Of a DNA stretch of 32,917 nucleotides, positions 9,880 to 19,334 are shown in pieces. The notes beneath the pieces were generated by a model. That model made no database searches and had not been told where the DNA came from. It saw only the letters and a list, made by a program, of their open reading frames with translations. The position numbers were made by a program, and so were the translations under genes. Position 1 is the stretch's first letter, and every line of letters begins with the position of its first letter. Origin of the DNA: a virus (Duplodnaviria; Caudoviricetes); IMG/VR virus record IMGVR_UViG_3300032216_002178, positions 1 through 32,917 of that record; one strand, given 5' to 3'.

Positions 9880-10089
9880 ATGATTTCATACGAGATACCA
9901 GACCCATTTACAACATTTAGAACTAAAAAATATGCAGCGCAAAAATTTGGATATCGCTATGACTTTTTTTCAGGTGAATGGGATGTTAATTGTGGTTGCT
10001 GTAATGAATTGCTAAGCGCTTCAAGTAAAAAAATGTTGATGAAAATTAGACTTTATCACACTAGAAATGAATGTTTAGGCGGATACTAA
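9880..10089 (+). CDS. Small Cys/His-containing hypothetical protein
   Basis: CGCC...H....C; leaderless start; coupled to the next ORF. Confidence 0.65.
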   Translation: MISYEIPDPFTTFRTKKYAAQKFGYRYDFFSGEWDVNCGCCNELLSASSKKMLMKIRLYHTRNECLGGY

Positions 10090-10232
10090 TGACAATATCA
10101 TGCAATAAAGAAGGATGTGTCTTTGAGCTGGACCTTGACGGCCAAGTAACCTGTGTATCTTGCGGTGCCATGGATGACGATAAGCAAACAATTTCCCCAG
10201 AACACTTTGAGAATCAGGTAGACTTTGAATAA
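10089..10232 (+). CDS. 47-aa acidic Zn-ribbon microprotein (not in ORF track)
   Basis: MTISCNKEGCVFELDLDGQVTCVSCGAMDDDKQTISPEHFENQVDFE; TAATG start; stop overlaps the dnaE start. Confidence 0.7.
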   Translation: MTISCNKEGCVFELDLDGQVTCVSCGAMDDDKQTISPEHFENQVDFE

Positions 10233-13200
10233 AGACTTTACACACCTACATGTTCATTCATATTATTCTTTAATGGATGGTCTTAATTCTCCAAAAGAAC
10301 TTTGTCAGGCCGCTTTAGATGCGGGTCAAACAGCAATAGCTATTACAGACCATGGAACTCTTTCATCCCATCGTGATATGCAGATAGCGGCAAAAGAAGT
10401 TGGCATTAAGCCGATCCTTGGAGTAGAAGCATACATCTCTCCAACAGATAGATTTGATAGATCTTCTAAAACAGATAAATCAATTCAGGCGTATAATCAT
10501 ATTATCTTGCTTGCTAAAAACAAAAAGGGTTTAGAGAATATAAACACCTTGCAAGAATTAGCTTGGAACGAAGGCTTTTATCATAAGCCACGTATTGATA
10601 GGGAGGTTTTAAAAGAATATGCGGAAGGTATTATTGTTCTTTCTGGATGCCTTAATGGTCTCATCTCTAAGGCTATCGAAAAAGGTGAGTTCTCAGAAGC
10701 TAAAATGGTTCTCAAAGATTTTCAGAAAACTTTCGGTGAAGATTTTTATGTGGAGGTTCAATCTCATAACCCTCAAGAAATAAACTCAAAGCTTCTTGAG
10801 CTTGCAGACGAACTTAAAATTAAAGCGGTGGCAACTGGGGATGCTCACTTTGCTAAAGAAGAAGATAGAGTATTAGAAGAAGCTTTACTTATTTTATCTA
10901 CATCCCCTAAAGTAGATAAAGATGCAGACTTTGATATGTCACGCAACATGAAAGATATGATTGATAGATTTAATTATCTTTATCCTGATCGCAGAATTTC
11001 ATTTCAAGACTATAATCTATTTATTCAATCACGTTCAGAAATTGAATCAGATTTCAATAAAGCTGGAATTGTTCGAACAGACATATATGAAAATACAATG
11101 GAAATTGCAGATAAAATTGGCGAATATGATTTCTATCAGGGTTTAGACCTTCTGCCAGTTCCAAAAACAGATGCCGATGAAAGACTGCGTGAGCTGGCTG
11201 AAAAGGGCTTAGAGAGGCTTCAGAAGGCTTCAAATGAGGCTTATACGGATAGGCTTAACGAAGAACTTGCAATCATTGCTAAAAAGAATTTTGCCTCATA
11301 CTTTCTTGTTGTTGGAGATATGATTAATTGGGCAAAAGAAAATGATATTAAAGTGGGTCCTGGCCGTGGTTCAGCAGCAGGATCTTTAGTTTGCTATGCT
11401 TTGGGAATTACGGATGTAGATCCAATTGAATATAACTTGTTGTTCTTTAGATTTATTAATGAAGAGCGTAACGATTTCCCAGATATTGACACAGACTTTG
11501 AAGATCGTCGCAGAAAAGAAGTTAAAGATTATTTAAAGAAGCGCTTTAAACACGTAGCTTCTATTTCAACTTACACATATTTTAAAGATAAAGGCGTTGT
11601 TCGTGATGCTGCTCGTGTATTTATGGTGCCACTTCAAGAAGTTAATCGTGCATTAAAAACAGTAGATACTTTTGAAGATTTTATTGATTCTCCTAATACT
11701 AAAGAGTTTAGATTACGCTACCCAGAAGTTGTTTGGCTTGCCGATAGATTACGTGGTCGCATTCGTTCCGTTGGAGTTCACGCTGCAGGAGTTGTTGTAG
11801 CAAAAGATGATTTAAGAAAATTTGCTCCAGTAGAATCTCGTGAAGACTCTCAGGATAAAGTCTCGGGAAGAATTCCTGTCGTTGCATACGATATGGATAC
11901 GGTTGCAGATATAGGTCTTATTAAACTAGATGCACTAGGACTTAAGACCTTATCTGTGATTTCTGACACACTTAAATCAATCAAGTCTAGATCGGGTAAA
12001 GATATTGTTTTATCTGATTTAACCCTTGATGATCCAGAAGTTTATAAGATGCTCAGCGAAGGATTTACTAAAGGCGTATTTCAAGCAGAAGCAACTCCCT
12101 ATACCAATCTTTTGATTAAAATGGGAACAGATAAATTTGAAGATTTAGTTGCATCTAATGCGCTTGTAAGACCAGGAGCCATGAATACAGTTGGTGCTGC
12201 ATATATTAAGCGTAAACATGGCAATGAAGCAGTCGACTATACGCATGCAGTTATGAAGCCCTTTACAGAAAACACTTATGGTGTTATTATTTATCAGGAA
12301 CAGGTTATGCAAGCATGCGTACACTTGGGAGGGATGTCTTGGGCAGAAGCTGACAAGGTTCGCAAGATTATTGGTAAAAAGAAAGATGCAAAAGAGTTCG
12401 ACCAGTTCAAAGATAAATTTATTACTGGGGCTTCACAACACATTTCTAAGAAAAAAGCAGAAGAGCTTTGGCACAACTTTGAGGCGCATGCTGGCTATTC
12501 TTTTAACCGTTCTCATGCTGTTGCTTACTCCATGCTTTCTTATTATACTGCTTGGCTTAAAACTTATTACCCACTTGAATTTATGTTTTCAGTTCTTAAG
12601 AATGAAAATGATAAAGACGCCAGAACAGAATATTTAATTGAATCTAAAAGACTAGGTCTTAAAGTTCTTTTACCTCATATCAATGAATCTGAATTATATT
12701 TTTCTTTGCAAAATGATTCAATCAGATTTGGGCTTGCTGAAGTAAAATTTATTTCAGATAGCATTGCCAATAAAATTATAGAGAGAAGGCCATACAAAAA
12801 TTATGCTGACTTTATTGATCAAGCATCGAAAAAAGGCTCTGGTATTAATAGCCGTGCTATTACTGCTCTTAACGCCATCGGCGGTGCTGCGTTCCCTGAT
12901 AACAAAAGGCAAGGAACTGAAAAAGACAATTACTACGAATACTTAGGCATTCCAACATTTAATCTTGAAGGTATTCCCCCAAGGATTAAAGCACAGGCAA
13001 GACCTATTGAAGAGTTTGACGACCTTGGTTCCTTTGTTATGTTTGGAATGGTAAAGTCTATTAAACGAGGTAACGGATGGTCTAGAGTTGAGCTCGTAGA
13101 TGAAACTGGAACGGTTGGACTATTTCACACTGAGCAGACTCAAATAGAAACTGGACAAATGTATTTTATTTTAGTTGGGGATAATCGAATAGCTCGTTAC

Positions 13201-13500
13201 ATTAAAGTTAACGATATTGATCCAAAATCAAATGATTTATTTGTTGATTATTTATATGCTAAATCATATGACCTTGAAGAGGACGAGTATATTGTGGTAA
13301 ACTTTACCCCATATACAACTAAGGCAGGAAAGCAAATGAGCCACATAGTGCTATCAGATAGCAATAAGGTTCTTACCAGAGCAATCGCATTTCCAGCAAT
13401 GTACAAAATGACTCTCGCTAAAATGCGAGAGGGAATGAAATGTAAAGTAACGTTAGCCAAATTGGATGACGGCACCTTAAATATAAAGGAAATAAAATGA
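10225..13500 (+). CDS. dnaE: DNA polymerase III alpha subunit (family C)
   Basis: PHP domain HLHVHSYYSLMDG and AITDHG; GRGSAAGS; catalytic PDIDTD; KLDALGL; YSFNRSH; C-terminal OB-like region. Confidence 0.96.
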   Translation: MNKDFTHLHVHSYYSLMDGLNSPKELCQAALDAGQTAIAITDHGTLSSHRDMQIAAKEVGIKPILGVEAYISPTDRFDRSSKTDKSIQAYNHIILLAKNKKGLENINTLQELAWNEGFYHKPRIDREVLKEYAEGIIVLSGCLNGLISKAIEKGEFSEAKMVLKDFQKTFGEDFYVEVQSHNPQEINSKLLELADELKIKAVATGDAHFAKEEDRVLEEALLILSTSPKVDKDADFDMSRNMKDMIDRFNYLYPDRRISFQDYNLFIQSRSEIESDFNKAGIVRTDIYENTMEIADKIGEYDFYQGLDLLPVPKTDADERLRELAEKGLERLQKASNEAYTDRLNEELAIIAKKNFASYFLVVGDMINWAKENDIKVGPGRGSAAGSLVCYALGITDVDPIEYNLLFFRFINEERNDFPDIDTDFEDRRRKEVKDYLKKRFKHVASISTYTYFKDKGVVRDAARVFMVPLQEVNRALKTVDTFEDFIDSPNTKEFRLRYPEVVWLADRLRGRIRSVGVHAAGVVVAKDDLRKFAPVESREDSQDKVSGRIPVVAYDMDTVADIGLIKLDALGLKTLSVISDTLKSIKSRSGKDIVLSDLTLDDPEVYKMLSEGFTKGVFQAEATPYTNLLIKMGTDKFEDLVASNALVRPGAMNTVGAAYIKRKHGNEAVDYTHAVMKPFTENTYGVIIYQEQVMQACVHLGGMSWAEADKVRKIIGKKKDAKEFDQFKDKFITGASQHISKKKAEELWHNFEAHAGYSFNRSHAVAYSMLSYYTAWLKTYYPLEFMFSVLKNENDKDARTEYLIESKRLGLKVLLPHINESELYFSLQNDSIRFGLAEVKFISDSIANKIIERRPYKNYADFIDQASKKGSGINSRAITALNAIGGAAFPDNKRQGTEKDNYYEYLGIPTFNLEGIPPRIKAQARPIEEFDDLGSFVMFGMVKSIKRGNGWSRVELVDETGTVGLFHTEQTQIETGQMYFILVGDNRIARYIKVNDIDPKSNDLFVDYLYAKSYDLEEDEYIVVNFTPYTTKAGKQMSHIVLSDSNKVLTRAIAFPAMYKMTLAKMREGMKCKVTLAKLDDGTLNIKEIK

Positions 13501-13736
13501 CAGAAAAAGAACCAACAGATATCTTTGCTTCTTTGAATGTATCAAAGATATTAGTTGCAATTTTAGAAATTCAAAAAGAAATTACAATTCCAAGCTCATC
13601 ATTTATTGATGCTGCAACAGAAGATAAAGAGCTACAAGTTGATTACGATTTAGATAGTCAATCATTTAAGTTTAAATTAAAAGGAAAAGATGGATCAGGG
13701 TTCAATAACGACCAGCTCATTGAAAGCTTCGAATAA
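13497..13736 (+). CDS. Hypothetical protein
   Basis: SD AAGGA; ATGA overlap with dnaE. Confidence 0.65.
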   Translation: MTEKEPTDIFASLNVSKILVAILEIQKEITIPSSSFIDAATEDKELQVDYDLDSQSFKFKLKGKDGSGFNNDQLIESFE

Positions 13737-14079
13737 CGTAGTGGAGCTAGTAACAGATTATGGGCTAGATGTTTTAGCAGCAATTCTTCATGAAACTGCA
13801 ATAGAAAAAGGTTTCTGGGATAATCCAAAAAACTTTGACGTCTTTGGCAATAAGCTTGCTCTTGTACACTCCGAAGTAACAGAAGTTCTTGAAGCAATTA
13901 GGAAAAATAAAGGCTCAGAAGAAATTGTAGAAGAAATGGCTGATGTTTTGATTAGAACTTTAGATCTTTATGCTTCAATGAGAAATGCTGGATTTATTAC
14001 TCATAGTTTAGATGAAGTTTTATTTAATAAAATAGAAAAAAATAAAATTCGTCCAAAGCTTCACGGCAATTTATTTTAA
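13690..14079 (+). CDS. MazG-like NTP pyrophosphohydrolase
   Basis: LALVHSEVTEVLEAIRK...EEMADVLIRTLD all-alpha NTP-PPase motif. Confidence 0.85.
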   Translation: MDQGSITTSSLKASNNVVELVTDYGLDVLAAILHETAIEKGFWDNPKNFDVFGNKLALVHSEVTEVLEAIRKNKGSEEIVEEMADVLIRTLDLYASMRNAGFITHSLDEVLFNKIEKNKIRPKLHGNLF

Positions 14080-14088
14080 TGATATAAT
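14060..14088 (+). promoter_or_regulatory. Promoter for the recA operon
   Basis: TTCACG-N17-TATAAT with TG extension. Confidence 0.6.
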
Positions 14089-14109
14089 TGTATAAAAGAA
14101 AGAGAAAAA

Positions 14110-15114
14110 ATGACTATAGCGATTGATGACATCCTAGCAGGATTAGATCCAAAAACAAGAGCAAGAGTAAAAGCAGCACAAGATGTAAAGGTTGAAAAGC
14201 AAAAGACTCCTAGCATAGGGCTAAACATGGCACTCAAAGGCGGCTTGGGCTATGGAAGACAAGTTCTTGTTTGGGGTAACAAATCCGCTGGTAAATCTTC
14301 ATTTTGTTTGCAGATGATTGCTCTTGCACAAAAAGAAGGGAAAACCTGCGCTTGGATTGATGCAGAAGCATCATATGACCAGTCCTGGGCGGAAACATTG
14401 GGAGTAGATTCATCTTCTCTTATTTACTCATCAGCTAAAACAGTTAATGACATGGTTGATGTTGCAACAAAGTTAATGGATGCAGGCGTTGATTTAATTG
14501 TAGTTGATTCTATCTCAGCATTACTTCCAGCAATTTATTTTGAAAAAGATGGAAATGAAATGAAAGATTTGCAAGACACCAAGCAAATCGGAGCAGAAGC
14601 AAAGGATATGACCCATGCGGTCAAGATGTTAAATTATGCAAACAAAAATACACTACTGGTTCTCATCTCACAGCAAAGAAATCAATTTGGATCTATGCAT
14701 GCTTCCCATATCCCGACAGGGGGAATGGCAGTCAAATTCTTTTCTTCAACAGTCATTAAGCTTTGGTCCTCAGAAGCTGAAGCAAATGCGATTAAGGCTG
14801 GCGTTAAGGTTGGTGACAAGATTATTGAACAGCGAGTTGGCAGACCAGTCAATTGGATTGTTGATTACAACAAACTCGGCCCCCCTAACCTTTCAGGACA
14901 ATATGATTTCTATTACCAAGGAGATGCCCTAGGTGTGGATAGTGTTGGAGAAACACTAGATGTTGCAGAAATGATTGGCGCAATAGAAAAGGGCGGAGCA
15001 TGGTACACAGTAAATGGAGAACGTTTTCAAGGACGTGCAAAGGCTGTAGCATACTTAAGGGAAAATCCAGATGTTGTAGACAGTTTAGTAGGAGATATAA
15101 ATGCCAAATCTTAA
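14110..15114 (+). CDS. recA: RecA/UvsX-like recombinase
   Basis: GNKSAGKS, WIDAE, IVVDSISAL, TGGMAVKF, GAWY, QGR. Confidence 0.93.
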   Translation: MTIAIDDILAGLDPKTRARVKAAQDVKVEKQKTPSIGLNMALKGGLGYGRQVLVWGNKSAGKSSFCLQMIALAQKEGKTCAWIDAEASYDQSWAETLGVDSSSLIYSSAKTVNDMVDVATKLMDAGVDLIVVDSISALLPAIYFEKDGNEMKDLQDTKQIGAEAKDMTHAVKMLNYANKNTLLVLISQQRNQFGSMHASHIPTGGMAVKFFSSTVIKLWSSEAEANAIKAGVKVGDKIIEQRVGRPVNWIVDYNKLGPPNLSGQYDFYYQGDALGVDSVGETLDVAEMIGAIEKGGAWYTVNGERFQGRAKAVAYLRENPDVVDSLVGDINAKS

Positions 15115-15295
15115 TGAATTTCTTGATAAGAAAACGCCTGAAGTAACATTAGATAATCGTGTTGAGATTATTGAACAGATGAGGCCATGCTCAACATGTG
15201 ATTTATTTGTTCATGAATATTATTTTAATAATAAAGATATGGAAATGTACTGGACTTGTAAAAATGGGCATGAGACAAGGCACAAGATAGGCTAA
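15101..15295 (+). CDS. Small Zn-binding protein (CSTC...CKNGH)
   Basis: SD AGGAG; TAATG coupling to the next gene. Confidence 0.65.
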   Translation: MPNLNEFLDKKTPEVTLDNRVEIIEQMRPCSTCDLFVHEYYFNNKDMEMYWTCKNGHETRHKIG

Positions 15296-15600
15296 TGTCA
15301 GAAAGATCAGAAGTTAAAAGAGATGGTGCCAAAGCTCAAAAAAATTCAGGCAGAGGTGACTATCAAAAGGGAGATGCACAATGGAAACAATTCCTTGTGG
15401 ATTATAAAGAGGCAGGTTCTTCTTTTACTTTAAACAAAGATAACTGGGCAAAGATATGCACAGACACTTTTAAAGTTAATAGAGATATGCACCCAGCATT
15501 AAAAATTATAATAGGAAAAGAATCAAAAGTAAGGCTAGGAATAATTGAATGGGCAGTTCTAGAAGAGCTGATCCAATTTTGGGAGGAAAACAATGAATAA
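15295..15600 (+). CDS. Hjc-like Holliday junction resolvase (PD-(D/E)xK)
   Basis: E...NSGRG...GD...VDYK pattern; about 100 aa; downstream of recA. Confidence 0.65.
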   Translation: MSERSEVKRDGAKAQKNSGRGDYQKGDAQWKQFLVDYKEAGSSFTLNKDNWAKICTDTFKVNRDMHPALKIIIGKESKVRLGIIEWAVLEELIQFWEENNE

Positions 15601-16564
15601 GTATCAGGTAATGCCTCAAGTTGTTGTATACAGAGACATGTTTGAAAAAGAAGAGCTAGTAAGATTTTATGAGTTAATGGATAAATATGAAACTGATACT
15701 AGTTCATATACAGTTGTTCATGAAGAAGATTCTACAAGAGGGGATAATCATGGAACACCTCCACCAGAACAGGATGATGATTCTCCAATTAATAGCTGGG
15801 TTCCATGGCACACGTTTGGTAAAAAAACTTTTTACAATTGGAAACAAAAGCCTAAAAATTTAGTTGATGAAGATTTAATATTTTTATATGACTTTAGAGA
15901 AAAGCTTTTAACAGTATTTAAATCTGTATTTAAAGACTATATTGATGAGTGGTCTCAATCAGGTTATTGGCCAGACTATATTACTAGCTGGGAACTAAAT
16001 AGACCGCATATTAGTAGGTTTAGTTCTTCCATTATTGAAGTTTTAAAGCATGACCTTCATCCAGAAAAACAACTTGCAATTACATTCCACACTGACGCAC
16101 ACAAGCACAGAGTTGGACAGCCAAGAGGCCAGCAAATTATTACAATTACAATTTATGTAAATGATGATTATGAAGGTGGAGAGGTTCAGTTCTTAAATGA
16201 AATTGATGAAGATGCAAAAGTCATAACATACAAACCTAAATATGGAGACGTCACAGCATTCCCATCTGGCATACCTTATTGGCACTCAGCAGCAGCTGTT
16301 ACAGAAGGAAACAAAAAGCTTTTTGTTAGAATGTTTGCCATTTGGGATTATGAAGGATCTAAAGAATGGTTTGAGGGAATTGAAAAGCATGGCGAGAAAG
16401 AATGGAATAAGCTTGTAGATGCAGATGTTCAGTTAAAAGTTGATACAGGGATATATGATCGAGAAGTAAATATTGAAGGCAAAGAAACTGCAAAAATTAA
16501 TCCAGCTATTAAAGTTTATGTTAAAAAAGAAAACGATATTTATATTGATGGGAGAACTTTGTAA
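15593..16564 (+). CDS. 2OG-Fe(II) oxygenase (prolyl-4-hydroxylase-like fold)
   Basis: FHTD, YVNDDYEGGE, WHS, and K in place of the usual R at the 2OG-binding position. Confidence 0.85.
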   Translation: MNKYQVMPQVVVYRDMFEKEELVRFYELMDKYETDTSSYTVVHEEDSTRGDNHGTPPPEQDDDSPINSWVPWHTFGKKTFYNWKQKPKNLVDEDLIFLYDFREKLLTVFKSVFKDYIDEWSQSGYWPDYITSWELNRPHISRFSSSIIEVLKHDLHPEKQLAITFHTDAHKHRVGQPRGQQIITITIYVNDDYEGGEVQFLNEIDEDAKVITYKPKYGDVTAFPSGIPYWHSAAAVTEGNKKLFVRMFAIWDYEGSKEWFEGIEKHGEKEWNKLVDADVQLKVDTGIYDREVNIEGKETAKINPAIKVYVKKENDIYIDGRTL

Positions 16565-16719
16565 TGAGAGAAATTATATTGTGCACTATTACAGGAGCAG
16601 CGGTAGGCGCAGTCTTTACACTGTTTAGATTGCCAGTGCCAGTGCCTCCAGTATTTCCAGCCGTAATGGGTATTGTTGGATTGTGGATTGGTTCAACTTT
16701 AATTGGAAGATTTATATAA
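16564..16719 (+). CDS. XapX/DUF1427-like small membrane protein (not in ORF track)
   Basis: MREIILCTITGAAVGAVFTLFRLPVPVPPVFPAVMGIVGLWIGSTLIGRFI; two hydrophobic helices around LPVPxPP; TAATG coupling at both ends. Confidence 0.8.
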   Translation: MREIILCTITGAAVGAVFTLFRLPVPVPPVFPAVMGIVGLWIGSTLIGRFI

Positions 16720-16823
16720 TGATCGGTTTTTTATTTGGGTTGGTGATTGGGTTTAGCGTGGGTTATCCAATGGGATTATTTATTAATGAATGGGACAAGA
16801 GGATTAAAAATGGCGGAAGATAA
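16719..16823 (+). CDS. 34-aa single-TM microprotein (not in ORF track)
   Basis: MIGFLFGLVIGFSVGYPMGLFINEWDKRIKNGGR; GxxxG repeats; TAATG start. Confidence 0.65.
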   Translation: MIGFLFGLVIGFSVGYPMGLFINEWDKRIKNGGR

Positions 16824-17148
16824 AAATACACTTGAGCTAATTAGCGATATTACAGAGTTTAATGATCTTCATGAATATATGAAGGACGAACACCTGGATA
16901 AAGCATTGGCAATAGTAGTAAAAATATTAATGAATCCAGAAGTCCCTTCTGCCAAAGCTCCTGTTTTAATTATGGAGCTTCAAGCAATGTCAACCAAATT
17001 TGCAGTAATGGCATCAGTATATTCTACTATTGCTAAAGATAAAGCGGGCACGGTAAACAATAATAAAAAGAATGTTTACTATTCGGTTAAAGAGTCCATA
17101 GACAAGCTTGTAGATGCACTTAAATATGTCGTTAGGTACAACTCATGA
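16810..17148 (+). CDS. Hypothetical all-alpha protein
   Basis: ATG at 16810 with AGAGG SD, rather than the track start at 16747. Confidence 0.7.
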   Translation: MAEDKNTLELISDITEFNDLHEYMKDEHLDKALAIVVKILMNPEVPSAKAPVLIMELQAMSTKFAVMASVYSTIAKDKAGTVNNNKKNVYYSVKESIDKLVDALKYVVRYNS

Positions 17149-17222
17149 ATTGGATACAGGCTACGGTTATCTTTGGTCCAGTTTTATTTTTGCTTATAGC
17201 ATTTTGGAAGGACATTAAGTAG
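17145..17222 (+). CDS. 25-aa single-TM micropeptide (not in ORF track)
   Basis: MNWIQATVIFGPVLFLLIAFWKDIK; ATGA overlap upstream and TAGTG overlap downstream. Confidence 0.65.
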   Translation: MNWIQATVIFGPVLFLLIAFWKDIK

Positions 17223-18013
17223 TGGCTAGAGATATTGTAAAGAACCTTAAATTTAAAAAACATACAGGTAAATTTTTTGATCCCGAAAAATTTGCAGATT
17301 TGCTTGATGAGGCTTACAGGAATACTAAACGTGCAGACGGAGAAATGACTAAAAAATCATTTAGCCCGAGCTCTTTGGGCTACGGTCATGGCAAATGTCC
17401 TAGATATTGGTATATGGCTTTTTCTGGGGCAGTTTTTATTGATGACAATGATGCTGTTGCTGTAGCCAATATGGCTCAAGGAACTCAAGCTCATGAAAGA
17501 CTTCAAAAGCTTATAGCAACCATGCCTGAATGGAAAGCGGAAGAAGAAGAAATTATTAATGAATATCCTCCTATTCGTGGGTTTATAGATTTAATTATGG
17601 AATATGATGGCGAAACTGTAATTGGTGAAATTAAAACGGCCAAGCAAGAAGTATGGGATACCAGGCAGTCAGAAATGAAATCTTCATCTAATCATATGCT
17701 TCAGCTTTTAACTTATATGAAATTAAAAAATGCCAAAGAAGGATTCTTTTTGTATGAAAATAAAAACACACAAGAGATCCTAATCATTCCAATATCAATG
17801 AATGAAAAAAACAAAAACATAATTGAAAATGCCTTTCTTTGGATGCAAGAAGTTTATGACAATTTTAAAGATGGCGATCTACCAATGCGTCCAGCTGGGG
17901 CCACTAAATCTAAAATGCCTTGTACCTATTGCCCAATTAAAAAAGAATGTTACGATAAATCTACCCCGTTAGGAACAGTTCAAATAGAGCTATATGAGGA
18001 TTCTAGTTTATGA
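17222..18013 (+). CDS. Cas4/RecB-like PD-(D/E)xK exonuclease with Fe-S cysteines
   Basis: SPSS..CPR, GT.AH, GFID, EIKT, QL..Y, CTYCPIKKEC. Confidence 0.85.
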   Translation: MARDIVKNLKFKKHTGKFFDPEKFADLLDEAYRNTKRADGEMTKKSFSPSSLGYGHGKCPRYWYMAFSGAVFIDDNDAVAVANMAQGTQAHERLQKLIATMPEWKAEEEEIINEYPPIRGFIDLIMEYDGETVIGEIKTAKQEVWDTRQSEMKSSSNHMLQLLTYMKLKNAKEGFFLYENKNTQEILIIPISMNEKNKNIIENAFLWMQEVYDNFKDGDLPMRPAGATKSKMPCTYCPIKKECYDKSTPLGTVQIELYEDSSL

Positions 18014-18288
18014 TATGTGCAAACAAAGAATGTCTCAAAGAGTTTGAGTCTAAAACTCATAATCAAAAATATTGTTGCGATGAATGTTGTAGAATTGCTA
18101 CAAATAAAAGAATTATGGACAGGTATTATGAAAAAAAAGCTATTAAAAAAGGTGCTCTTAGGCATTGCAAAAAATGTAAAGCAGAACTTAGTAGATATAA
18201 TTCAGATGATACTTGCTCATCTTGTTTAAAAATTAACTACAATAAAACAAAGAAAGTTATATCGGATATAATAAATGAAATTAGCTAG
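18010..18288 (+). CDS. Cys-rich double Zn-finger protein
   Basis: CANKEC..KYCCDEC..CKKC..CSSC. Confidence 0.7.
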   Translation: MICANKECLKEFESKTHNQKYCCDECCRIATNKRIMDRYYEKKAIKKGALRHCKKCKAELSRYNSDDTCSSCLKINYNKTKKVISDIINEIS

Positions 18289-18841
18289 TTTAATTAAAAC
18301 AAAAGCAAATAGAGTTTTAGGAATAGATGCCTCTACAAACTCTATAGCTTTTTGCCTGATGGAAGATGATATACCACTTAAATGGGGCAAGATTAATTTA
18401 ATGGGCGAAGACATTTATGAAAAAATTTATGACGCTAAAAATAAAATGTCAATGATGTTAAAAGAACTTAAGAGTGATTATATAGTTGTTGAAGGTGCAA
18501 TACTTGTCAGATCTCCAGATGCTGTGATAAAATTGTCTTATGTTTATGGAGTTGTAATTGCAGAACTAATGTCAACGGGAGCAAAGGTTATTACTATATC
18601 ACCATCAGCATGGCAATCTTATATAGGAAATAAAAATCCTACCAAAGAAGAAAAAGCTGCGGTGCGTTTGGCTAACCCAGGATATGCAGAATCTTGGTAC
18701 AAGAATCAACTACGCAATATGAGAAAACAAAGAACGGCTGATTATTTTAATAATAAATATGGATTAAATATTATAGATTTTGATGTGGCGGATAGCTTTG
18801 GAATTGCACATTATAGTAATCAGGTGTTAACAAAAAGATGA
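18275..18841 (+). CDS. RuvC-like resolvase
   Basis: VLGIDAS, IVVE and DVADSFGIA RNase H-fold catalytic residues. Confidence 0.82.
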   Translation: MKLASLIKTKANRVLGIDASTNSIAFCLMEDDIPLKWGKINLMGEDIYEKIYDAKNKMSMMLKELKSDYIVVEGAILVRSPDAVIKLSYVYGVVIAELMSTGAKVITISPSAWQSYIGNKNPTKEEKAAVRLANPGYAESWYKNQLRNMRKQRTADYFNNKYGLNIIDFDVADSFGIAHYSNQVLTKR

Positions 18842-18984
18842 AATTATATCAAAGCAAAGATTGGCTATATAGAAAATATATAGTTCAAAAAAAAACTATA
18901 ACTGAAATTAGTAAAGAGTGCGGTGTCTCTGCTATGACTATACAGAGATATTTACAGGAGTTTGGATTAGTTAAAAGAAAATGA
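18838..18984 (+). CDS. 48-aa HTH DNA-binding protein (not in ORF track)
   Basis: MKLYQSKDWLYRKYIVQKKTITEISKECGVSAMTIQRYLQEFGLVKRK; ATGA overlaps at both ends. Confidence 0.8.
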   Translation: MKLYQSKDWLYRKYIVQKKTITEISKECGVSAMTIQRYLQEFGLVKRK

Positions 18985-19307
18985 CATTAAGACCAGTATA
19001 CGAAGATGCAAAACAATTTTCATGTAGAGATCTTTATTTACATTCAGTGGGGGCTCCATCAGGCTCAAAAATCTGGGCGGCATGCCATGAAATTGCACAT
19101 CTTTTAATTGATAAAAATATTTCGTATGGAGACTCAGCTTTAAACCCATCAAGAATATTTTCGAGGGCGGACGCAACAGAACAGCTTAAAGTTAGAATTG
19201 ATGATAAGCTAAATAGAGTTATGAATAACCAGGGCTTTGCTGGCGACAATGATATTGATGATCTAATAGGCTATTTAATTCTGCTTAAAATAGCCAATAA
19301 GTCTTAG
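18981..19307 (+). CDS. DUF1599 / nucleotide-modification-associated domain 1-like protein
   Basis: KNISYGDS...RIDDKLNR...DLIGY motif. Confidence 0.7.
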   Translation: MTLRPVYEDAKQFSCRDLYLHSVGAPSGSKIWAACHEIAHLLIDKNISYGDSALNPSRIFSRADATEQLKVRIDDKLNRVMNNQGFAGDNDIDDLIGYLILLKIANKS

Positions 19308-19319
19308 TCAACTAAAACA

Positions 19320-19328
19320 TGGTATAAT
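19320..19328 (+). promoter_or_regulatory. Extended -10 promoter with leaderless start of the terminase operon
   Basis: TGGTATAAT, with the ATG (19335) at the predicted +1 and no SD. Confidence 0.65.
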
Positions 19329-19334
19329 TTCTAT

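Noticed and set aside
17222-18013. Cas4-like gene as evidence of a CRISPR-Cas system
   Set aside because: No array or other cas genes were seen; stand-alone Cas4-like exonucleases are common in phage recombination modules
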